From: Candidatus Harrisonbacteria bacterium
Lineage (GTDB): Bacteria > Patescibacteriota > Minisyncoccia > UBA6257 > WO2-44-18
Length of the DNA: 64,000 nucleotides
Direction: 5' to 3'
NCBI GenBank assembly: GCA_016182295.1
Contig: JACOXP010000007.1
Span: 11,457 to 75,456 of the forward strand
The notes below the pieces were generated by a model. That model did not search any database, had not been told where the DNA came from, and worked only from the letters and a program-made list of their open reading frames with translations. Position numbers and translations under genes: made by a program. Positions 8,301-17,755 of the stretch are shown here, in pieces. Within the stretch, counting starts at the first letter, position 1; each line of letters starts with the position of its first letter.

Positions 8301-9503
8301 ATGAAACCGGCAATTGTGAAAAGAATAAGGGACGCCCCAAAAGATCCGGGGGTTTATATTTTCTATGGGAAGCAATCCAAAAAATCCAAATCGCATCCGA
8401 ATGCCACCAATACTCCTTTATACGTCGGCAAGGCGGCGAATTTGCGCGCGAGATTAAAATCCTATTTGAAAATTACGGACGCGAAAACTGACGCGCTCGA
8501 TAAAGAGGCAACCAAGCTTTCATATATGCCACTCCGCTCGGAAATCGAAGCGCTCATCGAAGAATCCCGCCTCATCAAAGAATTGAAACCGAAATACAAT
8601 ATTCTTTGGCAAGACGATAAATCTTATTTGTATGTAGGTATGACGCGTCATACCTATCCAAAGATTTTTATAACCCACAAGAACCTAGACCCTAAACGCT
8701 ATACTCTAAACCCTTCGTTAATTGGCCCATTTACCGACGGCAACGCCTTGCGCCTGGTAATGAAACTTCTCCGCCGCCATTTTCCTTATTGCACGTGTTT
8801 TCGGCCGCATCTACGCGATTGCTTAAACGCTCAAATCGGATTATGCCTTGGTTTTTGTTGCAAGAAAGATAGCTCGGGCAATTCGGAACAATACAAGAAA
8901 AATATTCACGCTATTAAAATGATTCTGCGCGGGCGGGGAAAGAAATTCCTAAAAAATATTTCTAACGAAAAAGAAAAATACGCTCTCAACAAAATAATGG
9001 AACATCGCGAATATATTCATTCCGAGAAATCAATTTTTCCGGAAGGCGCGAAAATTGAGTGCTACGATAATTCTCACCTTTCCGGCAAAGAAGCAGTCGG
9101 GGCGCTGACTGCTCTCGTTAAAAGGGGTGGGTCTTGGATGCCGGATAAAAATTCGTATCGAATGTTCAAAATAAAATCCGCGCCAACTCAAGACGATCCG
9201 CGCATGATTGCCGAAGTTCTCGAACGCAGATTGAAACACGTTGAGTGGCCGTATCCCGATCTAATAATCATTGACGGCGGCATCACGCAATACAAAGCCG
9301 CTCTGCGCGCGCGGGCAAAATTCCCGGAGGCCAAAAAAATAAAAATAGTTTCCTTCGCCAAACCGAATAAGCAAATCATCGGCTGGGAAAACGCGCCGGA
9401 GGAATTGAAAAAACTTGCCGAACAAGCCATCTATCAAACCCATAATTTCGTCATTCGCTATCATCGCCGAGTTCGCCAGAAAGCGATGTTTAATATAGAA
9501 TAA
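8301..9503 (+). CDS. uvrC: UvrC-like excinuclease, short form: GIY-YIG N-domain plus UvrC RNase H-like endonuclease domain, no C-terminal (HhH)2
   Basis: GVYIFYG...LYVGKAANLRARLKSY is GIY-YIG. IECYDNSHLSGKEAVGALTALV is the UvrC 5-prime incision domain. Only 400 aa. Confidence 0.65.
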   Translation: MKPAIVKRIRDAPKDPGVYIFYGKQSKKSKSHPNATNTPLYVGKAANLRARLKSYLKITDAKTDALDKEATKLSYMPLRSEIEALIEESRLIKELKPKYNILWQDDKSYLYVGMTRHTYPKIFITHKNLDPKRYTLNPSLIGPFTDGNALRLVMKLLRRHFPYCTCFRPHLRDCLNAQIGLCLGFCCKKDSSGNSEQYKKNIHAIKMILRGRGKKFLKNISNEKEKYALNKIMEHREYIHSEKSIFPEGAKIECYDNSHLSGKEAVGALTALVKRGGSWMPDKNSYRMFKIKSAPTQDDPRMIAEVLERRLKHVEWPYPDLIIIDGGITQYKAALRARAKFPEAKKIKIVSFAKPNKQIIGWENAPEELKKLAEQAIYQTHNFVIRYHRRVRQKAMFNIE

Positions 9504-9508
9504 AAGTA

Positions 9509-9868
9509 ATGATTGGCAAGATAATTCTCGGCCTCATTTCCAATTCCATCGCCCTTTTTTTAGTGAAACGCTTCGTTGACGGCATCGCTTTAACCGACGG
9601 CTGGGTGGGCATTGCCATCGTGGTTGTTCTTTTTACAGCCGCGAATTCGATTATTTTGCCGGTCGCCCGTTTTGTCTTCGCCCCCCTCAAATGGCTTACC
9701 CTTGGTTTGCTCCCCCTGGCTCTTAACGGCATTCTTATCTACATCGTTGACTTTCTGTCAGACGATATTACAATAAGTGGGTTCGTTCCTCTTTTAATCG
9801 CCACCGTAATCTTCGGGGTGATTAACGGGACTTTCGCCTACGGAGCGAAGGTATTAAAACAATCATGA
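9509..9868 (+). CDS. Small 4-TM membrane protein of the phage holin 4_2 / DUF360 family
   Basis: The pattern GWVGIAIVVVLF...LKWLTLGLLPLALNGILIYIV resembles Phage_holin_4_2. Confidence 0.5.
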   Translation: MIGKIILGLISNSIALFLVKRFVDGIALTDGWVGIAIVVVLFTAANSIILPVARFVFAPLKWLTLGLLPLALNGILIYIVDFLSDDITISGFVPLLIATVIFGVINGTFAYGAKVLKQS

Positions 9869-10086
9869 ACATCATTGATTACATACAAATCGCCATATCA
9901 GTCGTCGTCATCACGTTAATCCTTCTGCAAGAACGCGGCGCGGGTGGTTTGGGCGGCGCTTTCGGCGGCAGCGACACCGGCGGATTTTATCAGGCCCGCC
10001 GAGGAATGGAAAAAATGTTTTTCTGGGCTACTTTGATTTTAGTAATCGGCTTTGCCGGCCTCGCCTTATTGAACCTTGTGGTATAA
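9865..10086 (+). CDS. secG: Preprotein translocase subunit SecG
   Basis: 73 aa. QERGAGGLGGAFGGSDTGGFYQARRGMEKMFFWATLILVIGF is the SecG signature. Confidence 0.75.
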   Translation: MNIIDYIQIAISVVVITLILLQERGAGGLGGAFGGSDTGGFYQARRGMEKMFFWATLILVIGFAGLALLNLVV

Positions 10087-11734
10087 GCTTCGCCAACTTA
10101 TTAAAAATCTCTCGAAGGAAGAACGCCGAGTTTTTTCCGGCGCTTTCGCCGTTTTCGCGGCCGCTTCGGCCTTGCTGATTTTTTCTCTTTTTTACCAAAA
10201 CACCGTTCCCGAGCCGGTGGAGGGCGGTTCGTATACCGAGGGCATCGTCGGCCAACCGATTTCTCTCAATCCGCTAATCACCGGCGACAACGATCCCGAC
10301 CGCGATTTGGTGGCTCTGCTGTTCGCCAGTTTATTTGATCTTCTGGAAAAATATGAAACCGACGCCGATCAGAAAACCTGGACGCTGATTTTAAAACCGA
10401 ACCTTAAATGGAGCGACGGAAAACCCCTGACCAGCGACGATGTGCTTTTTACCATCAGCGTCATTCAAGACCCCGATTCCCGATCGCCGTTTTTCCCCAC
10501 CTGGCAGGGAGTTTTTGCCGAGCGAATCAGTGAGCGCGAAATACGGCTCAATTTAAAAAACCCCTACGCTTTTTTCCTGGATAATATAAAAAATCTTAGG
10601 ATCGCGCCCAATCATATTTTCGGCAATATTCCGCCGCAAAACTTCCGCCTCTCCGATTTCAACCTTCGGCCAATCAGCAGCGGGCCGTATAAATTTGAAA
10701 GTTTTGAGAAACGCCGCGATGGTTTTATAGAAAAGTACACTTTTGCCACCAATGAATATTCGGTGGTTGGCGAGCCGTATATTCAAAATTTTCAAATCAG
10801 ATTTTTTGCTTCAAAAAACGAGGCCATTAAAGCTTTCAACCTAAAAGCGATTGACGGCATCGGTAATCTCGACCCCTCCGATCTGGAAAATGTTAAAATC
10901 AACCGCACGGTTTTCGCGATCGAACGCCCCAGATATTACGCGATATTTCTCAACCAAAGCACCGCTCCCCAGTTGAAAGAGAAGGCGGTTCGCTCCGCCC
11001 TGGCCGCCGCCACCGACAAAATGAAATTTGTAAACGATATTTTCCAAAATAAAGCCGGTGTTGTTAACGGCCCGCTGCCGCCGAATGTCGGAGGTTATAG
11101 CGAAGTTATTTTCGAGGAAGAAATATTTTCAATCGAAAAGGCAAATGAATTGCTTGATCAAGCCGGCTGGAAAATCAACGAAAGCGGCGTGAGAGAAAAA
11201 ATGATCTCCGGAGCTCCGGCTCAGCTATCCTTTGAAGTAATTGTGCCGGAAGCGCAATTTCTCATTGATACGGCGAATATCCTTAAAGAGGACTGGAAAA
11301 AAATCGGCGTTGAAATTAATCCAATAATCCTGCGCCCGTCGGAGGTGATCAGCAACGCCATCAAGCCAAGGAATTATCAAATGATGATTTTCGGCAACAC
11401 TCTAAACAACAATCCCGACATTTTCTCTTTCTGGCATTCTTCGCAAAGATTTGATCCCGGTTTGAATCTGGCTCTTTTCAACAACAAGGATGTTGATACT
11501 CTACTGGAAACACTGAGGCAAAACCTTGATCCTGATTCCAGAAACGAAGAATTATCCAAACTTCAGACGTTAATCCACAATCAGCGGCCGGTCGTTTTTC
11601 TCTATTCCCCTCATTATCTTTACATCAGCTCTAAAAACCTCGGCGGAATAAGCGCGAAGTCGGTGGCAATTCCGGCGGAACGTTTTATCAACGTTCAAGA
11701 TTGGTACTTGAAAACAGCTCGGGTGTTTAAATAG
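10076..11734 (+). CDS. ABC transporter substrate-binding protein, family 5 (Opp/Dpp-like)
   Basis: N-terminal TM anchor, then GGSYTEGIVGQPISLNPL...DLVALLFASLFDL as in SBP_bac_5. TTG start overlaps the secG stop. Confidence 0.7.
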   Translation: MWYKLRQLIKNLSKEERRVFSGAFAVFAAASALLIFSLFYQNTVPEPVEGGSYTEGIVGQPISLNPLITGDNDPDRDLVALLFASLFDLLEKYETDADQKTWTLILKPNLKWSDGKPLTSDDVLFTISVIQDPDSRSPFFPTWQGVFAERISEREIRLNLKNPYAFFLDNIKNLRIAPNHIFGNIPPQNFRLSDFNLRPISSGPYKFESFEKRRDGFIEKYTFATNEYSVVGEPYIQNFQIRFFASKNEAIKAFNLKAIDGIGNLDPSDLENVKINRTVFAIERPRYYAIFLNQSTAPQLKEKAVRSALAAATDKMKFVNDIFQNKAGVVNGPLPPNVGGYSEVIFEEEIFSIEKANELLDQAGWKINESGVREKMISGAPAQLSFEVIVPEAQFLIDTANILKEDWKKIGVEINPIILRPSEVISNAIKPRNYQMMIFGNTLNNNPDIFSFWHSSQRFDPGLNLALFNNKDVDTLLETLRQNLDPDSRNEELSKLQTLIHNQRPVVFLYSPHYLYISSKNLGGISAKSVAIPAERFINVQDWYLKTARVFK

Positions 11735-11744
11735 GATAAGGATA

Positions 11745-12920
11745 ATGAGGACGGCTATTTTGGGGCTTGGGCGCGAAGGAAAATCGCTTCTTAACTTTTT
11801 AAAAAAGCGCGGCGAAAAGCCCGCGATCCTAGATCAAAAATTGGACTCTGAATACCTTAATCGTCTTAACGATTTTGATATCATCTATCGTTCTCCGGGC
11901 GTTCCTTACAATCTCCCTCAAATTCAAAAAGCTCTTAAAAGCGGGGTAAGGTTTTCCAGCGCCACTAAACTTTTTTTCGATCTTTGCCCCGGGCAAATCG
12001 TCGGAGTTACCGGCACCAAAGGCAAGGGAACGGCCTCAACGCTTATTCATAAAATACTCGCCGCCAGCGGACAGAAAACGTTTCTTGCCGGAAACATCGG
12101 CAAGCCGATGCTCGACGTCCTTTCGAAGCTCGACAAAAAATCCACGGCGATTTTGGAATTATCGAGTTTTCAACTTCAAGATTTGGAAAAATCCCCGCCA
12201 GTCGCGGTTGTGCTTGATGTGTTTCCGGATCATTTGGACGTTCATAAAAACATGAAAGAATATGTCGAGGCGAAAAGTTCTGTGACTAAATACCAAAAAT
12301 TTTCCGACGCGGTATTTTTTTTCAAGGACAATCCCCTGTCGGCCAAAATCGCCCGCTTAAGCCACGGCGCCAAAATCGGAATTGACGGGAATCCTTTCGG
12401 CCTCAAAAAAAATTTGGCGATAGCGGCGGCCGTGGGCGCTTATTTCGATTGTCCGGCCGGAAAAATTTTCCAGACAATTCAATCTTTCAAAGGCAGAGAA
12501 CACCGGTTGGAACTTGTTTCCGAAAAAAACGGGCTGCGGTTTTATAATGATTCGGCCAGCACCAACCCCCAAACAGCGGCGGCGGCCATTACCGAATTGT
12601 CTAAAACTCTATACTCAAAATCTCATACCCTGACGCTAATAACCGGGGGCAAAGATAAAAATCTTAATTATCGGCCGCTTGCTCAGGCAATTAATCGGTC
12701 CGGCAAAGTAAAAGTTTTTCTCTTTGGCGAAAATAAAATGAAAATAAAAAGAGTTTTGCCCAAGGCAAAACTCTGTAAAAATCTTAAAGAAACGGTGGGG
12801 CTCGCGAAAAAATGCGGGCCTGGAGTGATTCTTTTCTCGCCTGCCTCAACCAGTTTCGATATGTTTAAAGACTACGAAGATCGCGGCCGGCAGTTTAAAA
12901 AACTGGTGAAGGCTATTTAG
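11745..12920 (+). CDS. murD: UDP-N-acetylmuramoylalanine--D-glutamate ligase MurD
   Basis: IVGVTGTKGKGTAS, VLDVFPDHLDVH, GREHRLE, YNDSASTNP and LITGGKDK match the Mur ligase / MurD pattern. Confidence 0.8.
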   Translation: MRTAILGLGREGKSLLNFLKKRGEKPAILDQKLDSEYLNRLNDFDIIYRSPGVPYNLPQIQKALKSGVRFSSATKLFFDLCPGQIVGVTGTKGKGTASTLIHKILAASGQKTFLAGNIGKPMLDVLSKLDKKSTAILELSSFQLQDLEKSPPVAVVLDVFPDHLDVHKNMKEYVEAKSSVTKYQKFSDAVFFFKDNPLSAKIARLSHGAKIGIDGNPFGLKKNLAIAAAVGAYFDCPAGKIFQTIQSFKGREHRLELVSEKNGLRFYNDSASTNPQTAAAAITELSKTLYSKSHTLTLITGGKDKNLNYRPLAQAINRSGKVKVFLFGENKMKIKRVLPKAKLCKNLKETVGLAKKCGPGVILFSPASTSFDMFKDYEDRGRQFKKLVKAI

Positions 12921-13653
12921 TGAACCAGAAAAGCGCCGCGTTGCGACCTTTATTGGGGCCGTCTCTGCAACGCGAATAGTAAGCTAGGGTTGCCGGAAAA
13001 TCAGTCATTTCGCACGAAGTGCACCTGTTATAGATGGAAATGTTGGCTTCTCTTAGTCCTACCTCCAAAAGCTGGGAACGGATAATGGTATAAAGGTCGA
13101 AAGATATTTGACCGCACCTCGAGCCCCTTGTTGCTCTTCCAACCGGAAACTTGAAGGTAAGGTCTTTCGCTTCTTCCCAATGAGCCGCCCCATAACAACA
13201 AGGACCGATGCCAAAACCTACAAACGCCTTGGAAGTATTCGGGGAGAACTTATGTCTGGTAAAAAGTTCGTGAATAATACTCGGTCCTCTCGGAGCTTTT
13301 GATCGCTTGGGGATCTCTCGAATTATGCACCGAAATCCGGCATGCAACGCCGCGAATCGCTCTGTTTGCTGATCTAAAACGGCAACCAACGGGCAGTCGG
13401 CGTTAAAAAGCACGATGCGCTGATCCGGCTTAGACACAATGCCGCCGTCCGCTTCATTGCGAGTGCCGATAATCCATTGAGATATTGGAAAATCCTCTTC
13501 GCCCATCTCGACAATTCTGTTTGTAAAATTCGCTCGCGGAGCGAAAACCGGTCCCATTTTCCCCTTAACAATCGGGAAAAGCTCATCAATGTATTCATCG
13601 ACTCCAAAATTGCCGTCCATTCTGCCAAAAAAACTGTAGCGGATTTTCAGCAT
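12913..13653 (-). CDS. pgeF: Peptidoglycan editing factor PgeF / YfiH (DUF152, laccase-domain) family protein
   Basis: FNADCPLVAVLD, LHAGFRC and GIGPCCYGA match the conserved YfiH motifs. Confidence 0.7.
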   Translation of the reverse strand: MLKIRYSFFGRMDGNFGVDEYIDELFPIVKGKMGPVFAPRANFTNRIVEMGEEDFPISQWIIGTRNEADGGIVSKPDQRIVLFNADCPLVAVLDQQTERFAALHAGFRCIIREIPKRSKAPRGPSIIHELFTRHKFSPNTSKAFVGFGIGPCCYGAAHWEEAKDLTFKFPVGRATRGSRCGQISFDLYTIIRSQLLEVGLREANISIYNRCTSCEMTDFPATLAYYSRCRDGPNKGRNAALFWFTK

Positions 13654-13729
13654 TTTCTAATCCTCCAGTTGAAATGGAAAATTTTCAAAGTCCTTCGTAT
13701 GTTAAACTATATACACCAAAATTAAACTT

Positions 13730-14398
13730 ATGCCAATACATCGAACAAAAAATGAAAATTTCTTTAAGAAGTGGTCGCCGAAAATGGCATACGTGTTGGG
13801 TTATACATGCGCGGATGGAGCTTTAACTGTTGGTAAGCGGGGAAACAAGTTTTTGGATTTCACTTCTGTGGACGAAAGTCTTATACAAACCGTTCGCGCG
13901 ACACTCGACTCTAATCATAAAATAAACCGTAAAACCAGAAAGGAAAATTGGCGCCCGGCTTACAGATTACAAATCGGCAGCAAGACTATGTTTGACGATT
14001 TGGGAAAATTGGGATTGACAACCAAAAAAGCAAAACGCTTAGTTTATCCGGATGTTCCCAAAAAGTACTTCGCGGACTTTGTTAGAGGATATTTCGACGG
14101 CGATGGACACGTTAGCCACGGCGCGTATAAAAGGAAGGGTGGAAATGGGGTAAAACAAGTTCTGCTTTCGGGTTTGACGTCGAGCACCAAAAGTTTTTTA
14201 GAAAAACTTAGAAATGATTTAACAAAATTGGGTATTGTGAGTGGTGGTACTCTGTATTACAAAAAGGGGCACCGACTTACATTCTCAATTAACGATAGTT
14301 TTGGTCTATACGAATTCCTTTACAAAAACGCGGGGTATGGCTTATACTTACAAAGGAAAAAGAGAGTTTTCGAGAAATTTTTTAGAATGCGGGCGTAG
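13730..14398 (+). CDS. LAGLIDADG homing endonuclease with two motifs, free-standing
   Basis: Two dodecapeptide motifs: YVLGYTCADGAL and FVRGYFDGDGHV. The stop codon lies inside the first 10 nt of the downstream tRNA-Asp. Confidence 0.8.
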   Translation: MPIHRTKNENFFKKWSPKMAYVLGYTCADGALTVGKRGNKFLDFTSVDESLIQTVRATLDSNHKINRKTRKENWRPAYRLQIGSKTMFDDLGKLGLTTKKAKRLVYPDVPKKYFADFVRGYFDGDGHVSHGAYKRKGGNGVKQVLLSGLTSSTKSFLEKLRNDLTKLGIVSGGTLYYKKGHRLTFSINDSFGLYEFLYKNAGYGLYLQRKKRVFEKFFRMRA

Positions 14399-14463
14399 CG
14401 TAGCCTGGTTATCGCGCCTCCTTGTCACGGAGGAGATCGCCGGTTCAAATCCGGTCGCCCGCG
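14389..14463 (+). tRNA. tRNA-Asp (anticodon GTC)
   Basis: GCGGGCG acceptor stem pairs with CGCCCGC. Anticodon loop TTGTCAC. T-arm GCCGGTTCAAATCCGGT. Discriminator G. No CCA encoded. Confidence 0.8.
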
Positions 14464-14467
14464 CAAG

Positions 14468-14494
14468 AAAAAAACCGCCCTAACGGCGGTTTCT
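14468..14494. terminator. Bidirectional terminator hairpin
   Basis: aaaaaaa-ccgccctaacggcgg-tttct. Confidence 0.5.
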
Positions 14495-14788
14495 GGATTT
14501 GCGGCGAGATTTACTTTTCAGAATTCCGAGTTCCCTGGCATATCTTCGGATTGCTCCATGATGATGGCCGTAACGACTAAACGCGTTACGGAATACTTCC
14601 TGCTCGCTTTGTCTGGTCTGATTGACAACGCTCCTCAAAATTCTATAAGTCCAGCGGGACAGCTCTTCGATATAATGGCGGTTGCTCGTTTTAATCCACA
14701 GCACCGGCACCACCGGACCCTTGCGGTTCGGGTTTGTGCTTTTGCGCCAACATTTGGCAAAAAGCGATCTCCTGCGTTTCATCGGCAA
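14480..14788 (-). CDS. Hypothetical basic protein; possible remnant
   Basis: 102-aa ORF whose stop lies within the terminator hairpin. No family recognised. Confidence 0.25.
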   Translation of the reverse strand: MPMKRRRSLFAKCWRKSTNPNRKGPVVPVLWIKTSNRHYIEELSRWTYRILRSVVNQTRQSEQEVFRNAFSRYGHHHGAIRRYARELGILKSKSRRKSRNRR

Positions 14789-14826
14789 TCTCCTAAAGAT
14801 CCGCCTATAAAATAACGAAAGATCGA

Positions 14827-15366
14827 TTAGTAGTCAACCAAACCGAGATCTTGGAAGGCTTTTTTATAAGTCCGTAAAATTTCCAGCGCTTGATCGTGAG
14901 TGATTACGAAATCAGGTTCTTGGGCAATGCGATTGCGAATCTTATGAACGTTTTGAATCACTTCAGCGTCGGATAAAAAGCTCGTAGTAATTTGCTTGAA
15001 ACGCTCGTCAGTGGTATCAGCTCGAAATCCGCTGGTTTTGATCGTGTCGTCCATAAGCTTATCGGCTTCCAGAATGGCAAGTTTCCAGTTTTGAATATCG
15101 TGACTCTGAACTCTTTTTTTAATTTGTTTCCAGGCCCGAAGCTGGCGCCAGCGGCCAACATCGCCCATACCCAAAAAATCCATATAGTACTCCCTTCGCG
15201 ATCTCAACCATTCACTTTTGGCAATAGAATAAACACTTCCCCAGATAAAAATTCCGGAAACAATTAAAGCTATCCATTCAAGCGTCGGTATCGCCGGCCG
15301 CAATATACTTCCGGCAATTTCCCTGAAAATAAGAATGTATTCTACCGCTTTATCAATCCACTGCAT
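14827..15366 (-). CDS. Hypothetical membrane-associated protein
   Basis: 179 aa with an N-terminal hydrophobic segment. Overlaps the gatA start by 14 nt. Confidence 0.5.
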   Translation of the reverse strand: MQWIDKAVEYILIFREIAGSILRPAIPTLEWIALIVSGIFIWGSVYSIAKSEWLRSRREYYMDFLGMGDVGRWRQLRAWKQIKKRVQSHDIQNWKLAILEADKLMDDTIKTSGFRADTTDERFKQITTSFLSDAEVIQNVHKIRNRIAQEPDFVITHDQALEILRTYKKAFQDLGLVDY

Positions 15367-16798
15367 TGTGAATTTTATCGTAATATTGACCTAATCCCAG
15401 TATATCAGCTTCACGCCAGGGCTTGCCGACCAATTGAAATCCGACGGGCAGTCCGTCAATGCCGCGAGTCGGAATTGAGACAGCCGGCAATCCGGCCAGA
15501 TTAACCGGAATGGTAAAAATGTCGGAAAGATACATGGCCATCGGATCATCGGCTTTTTCGCCTATTTTAAAAGCGGGGGTGGGCGCCACCGGAGTAAAAA
15601 TAACGTCGACTTCTTTAAAGGCCTTGTCAAAATCCTCTTTGATAAGCCGCCGCGCTTTCTGCGCTTGCGAGTAATAAGCGTCGTAATATCCGGAGGAGAG
15701 AACAAAAGTTCCCAAAATAATCCGACGCTTGGTTTCGGCGCCGAAACCACGGCTTTTGTTTTTCTTATACAATTCCGCCAAACTCGATTCTTTTTCCTGA
15801 ATTCTGCCATAACGGATTCCGTCGAATCTCGCCAAATTAGAACTTACTTCCGCCGGCATTATTATGTAGTAACAAGAAAGAGCGTATTGGGTGTGCGGCA
15901 AGCTAATTTCTTTAAATTCCAGTCCCAAACTTTTCAAATCGGCCATCGCTTTATCCGTCGCTTTTTTTACCTCCGGAGAAAGACCGTCTACAAAATATTC
16001 TTTTGGCACTCCCACTTTTAATTTCTTAATATCTTGAAGTTTCGGATTTAAAAGCTCGTCGCCGTATTTCGCCTCCATCGTTGTCGAGTCAAACTGATCT
16101 TTTCCGGAAATTGATTTAAATAAAATCGCCGCGTCTTCCACTGTTTTGGTCAGTGGTCCAATTTGGTCCAAACTCGAAGCCATCGCTATCAAACCATGAC
16201 GGGAAACCGCGCCGTAAGTCGGCTTCAAGCCAACGACTCCGCAGAAACCCGCTGGTTGGCGAATCGATCCTCCGGTATCGGAACCAAGGGCGCCAACAGC
16301 CATATGAGCGGCCACCGCGGCCGCCGAACCGCCGGAAGATCCTCCGGGAACGCGGGTGTGGTCATGCGGATTTTTAGTAACCTTAAAGGCCGAATTTTCG
16401 GTTGACGATCCCATCGCGAATTCATCCATATTAGTTTTACCGAGAAAAACCGCTCCTGATTTTTTCAATTTCGCGATCACGGTCGCGTCATAGGCGGCGT
16501 TATAATCTTCTAAAATTTTTGAGGCGGCGGTCGCCGGCTGGCCTTCGATTAAAATGTTGTCTTTGATCGCGAGAGGCGCGCCCGCCAGTAAATCAACCGG
16601 TTCGCCTTTGGCTATGACAAGGTCCGCTTTTTCCGCTTGAAGCGCCGCTTCATCTTTCGCCAAACTTAAAAAAGCTCCGATTTTTTTATCGTGTTCTTCG
16701 ACGTGTTTAAAAAATCCTTCGACGACTTCCAGCGCGGAAAATTCTTTTTTTAACAGACCTTCGTGAAATTTTTTAATTGTAAGATCGTGCAAGTGCAT
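15353..16798 (-). CDS. gatA: Glutamyl-tRNA(Gln) amidotransferase subunit A
   Basis: Amidase signature GGSSGGSAAAVAAHM and the full-length GatA pattern. Confidence 0.9.
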   Translation of the reverse strand: MHLHDLTIKKFHEGLLKKEFSALEVVEGFFKHVEEHDKKIGAFLSLAKDEAALQAEKADLVIAKGEPVDLLAGAPLAIKDNILIEGQPATAASKILEDYNAAYDATVIAKLKKSGAVFLGKTNMDEFAMGSSTENSAFKVTKNPHDHTRVPGGSSGGSAAAVAAHMAVGALGSDTGGSIRQPAGFCGVVGLKPTYGAVSRHGLIAMASSLDQIGPLTKTVEDAAILFKSISGKDQFDSTTMEAKYGDELLNPKLQDIKKLKVGVPKEYFVDGLSPEVKKATDKAMADLKSLGLEFKEISLPHTQYALSCYYIIMPAEVSSNLARFDGIRYGRIQEKESSLAELYKKNKSRGFGAETKRRIILGTFVLSSGYYDAYYSQAQKARRLIKEDFDKAFKEVDVIFTPVAPTPAFKIGEKADDPMAMYLSDIFTIPVNLAGLPAVSIPTRGIDGLPVGFQLVGKPWREADILGLGQYYDKIHNAVD

Positions 16799-17094
16799 TA
16801 TTCTTCAAACACGGGAGGTACCCTTAACCAATGTTTTTCTTTATCCGGAAATGCTTCGGCTACTTTATCGGGCCCCAAACTTTGTTTAGTCGCGCCGTCT
16901 TCCCGCAAAACATTATTAGACCAGGTCCCGCCAGCAAGCGGCTGGACGTTTTCGGTGTTCAAAGATTGCAATTCTTTGAAATGGCTTAAAATTTTTTCCA
17001 AATCTTTTAAAAATTTATCCTCCTCCTTTTTGCCAAGCTCAAGGCGAGCCAATTCGGCCAGATGTTCAAGCGATTTTTTATTGATTTCCGACAT
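16798..17094 (-). CDS. gatC: Asp/Glu-tRNA amidotransferase subunit C
   Basis: 98-aa GatC-like protein (LAELARLEL...ENVQPL). Stop overlaps the gatA start. Confidence 0.75.
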   Translation of the reverse strand: MSEINKKSLEHLAELARLELGKKEEDKFLKDLEKILSHFKELQSLNTENVQPLAGGTWSNNVLREDGATKQSLGPDKVAEAFPDKEKHWLRVPPVFEE

Positions 17095-17133
17095 AAGTCT
17101 ATAGACTTTATTTTATAACAAAAAGCTCGGTTT

Positions 17134-17721
17134 TTAAACCGAGCCCTGAATTCCAAATTCTTCCGCTTCTGCCCATGTCGGATGCGGGTAAAGAATCTGC
17201 CATTGCCTGCCTGAAGGCACAAGCTTTTTTTCGAAAATCTCTTTTATCAACAAATCTCCGTCTTCCGTCTTGGCCAAGGCCTCGAACTCGACGGCCACGC
17301 CCTCTTCATTCTCGCCTTCTCTTCTAATTGCTGTTTGTGTGGTTAATTTTTCCCGAATCGCCAGCACTCGCGTTGATTCGTAGAGAAAATGACGAAGATT
17401 CTCGGCCTTCTCTTCGGGAGCGCGGATGTTCAGCAAAACGAGATCGGTTCTCCGCAATGGCCTGATCTCGACAAACTTTCTGACGGTATCGATCTTCTTA
17501 ACCGCGTAACTTGATAAAAATGATTCTGAACCATCCGAAAATTTGACAACGATTGTCGATTGGACGCGGTTGACGTGACTGTCTGGAGGAAGCACTATGT
17601 AGCGCTCGCGGAAATTCACCTCGAGGTAGTAGCCCTTTCTAAAAACAACTCCTCTGTCCGTCGCGATCAATAGATCCTTGAACCACAATCTGATTAACTC
17701 CCGTTCCTCAAATTTTCCCAT
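17134..17721 (-). CDS. Hypothetical protein
   Basis: 195-aa ORF between ligA and gatC. No family recognised. Confidence 0.45.
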   Translation of the reverse strand: MGKFEERELIRLWFKDLLIATDRGVVFRKGYYLEVNFRERYIVLPPDSHVNRVQSTIVVKFSDGSESFLSSYAVKKIDTVRKFVEIRPLRRTDLVLLNIRAPEEKAENLRHFLYESTRVLAIREKLTTQTAIRREGENEEGVAVEFEALAKTEDGDLLIKEIFEKKLVPSGRQWQILYPHPTWAEAEEFGIQGSV

Positions 17722-17755
17722 TAGCTATCTCCTTAAGAACTGCGCTAATAGTAAT

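Noticed and set aside
13654-14463. Group I intron inside a tRNA gene, hosting the LAGLIDADG ORF
   Set aside because: tRNA-Asp (and tRNA-Gly at the second locus) have complete, perfectly paired acceptor stems without interruption. No upstream tRNA half-exon was found.
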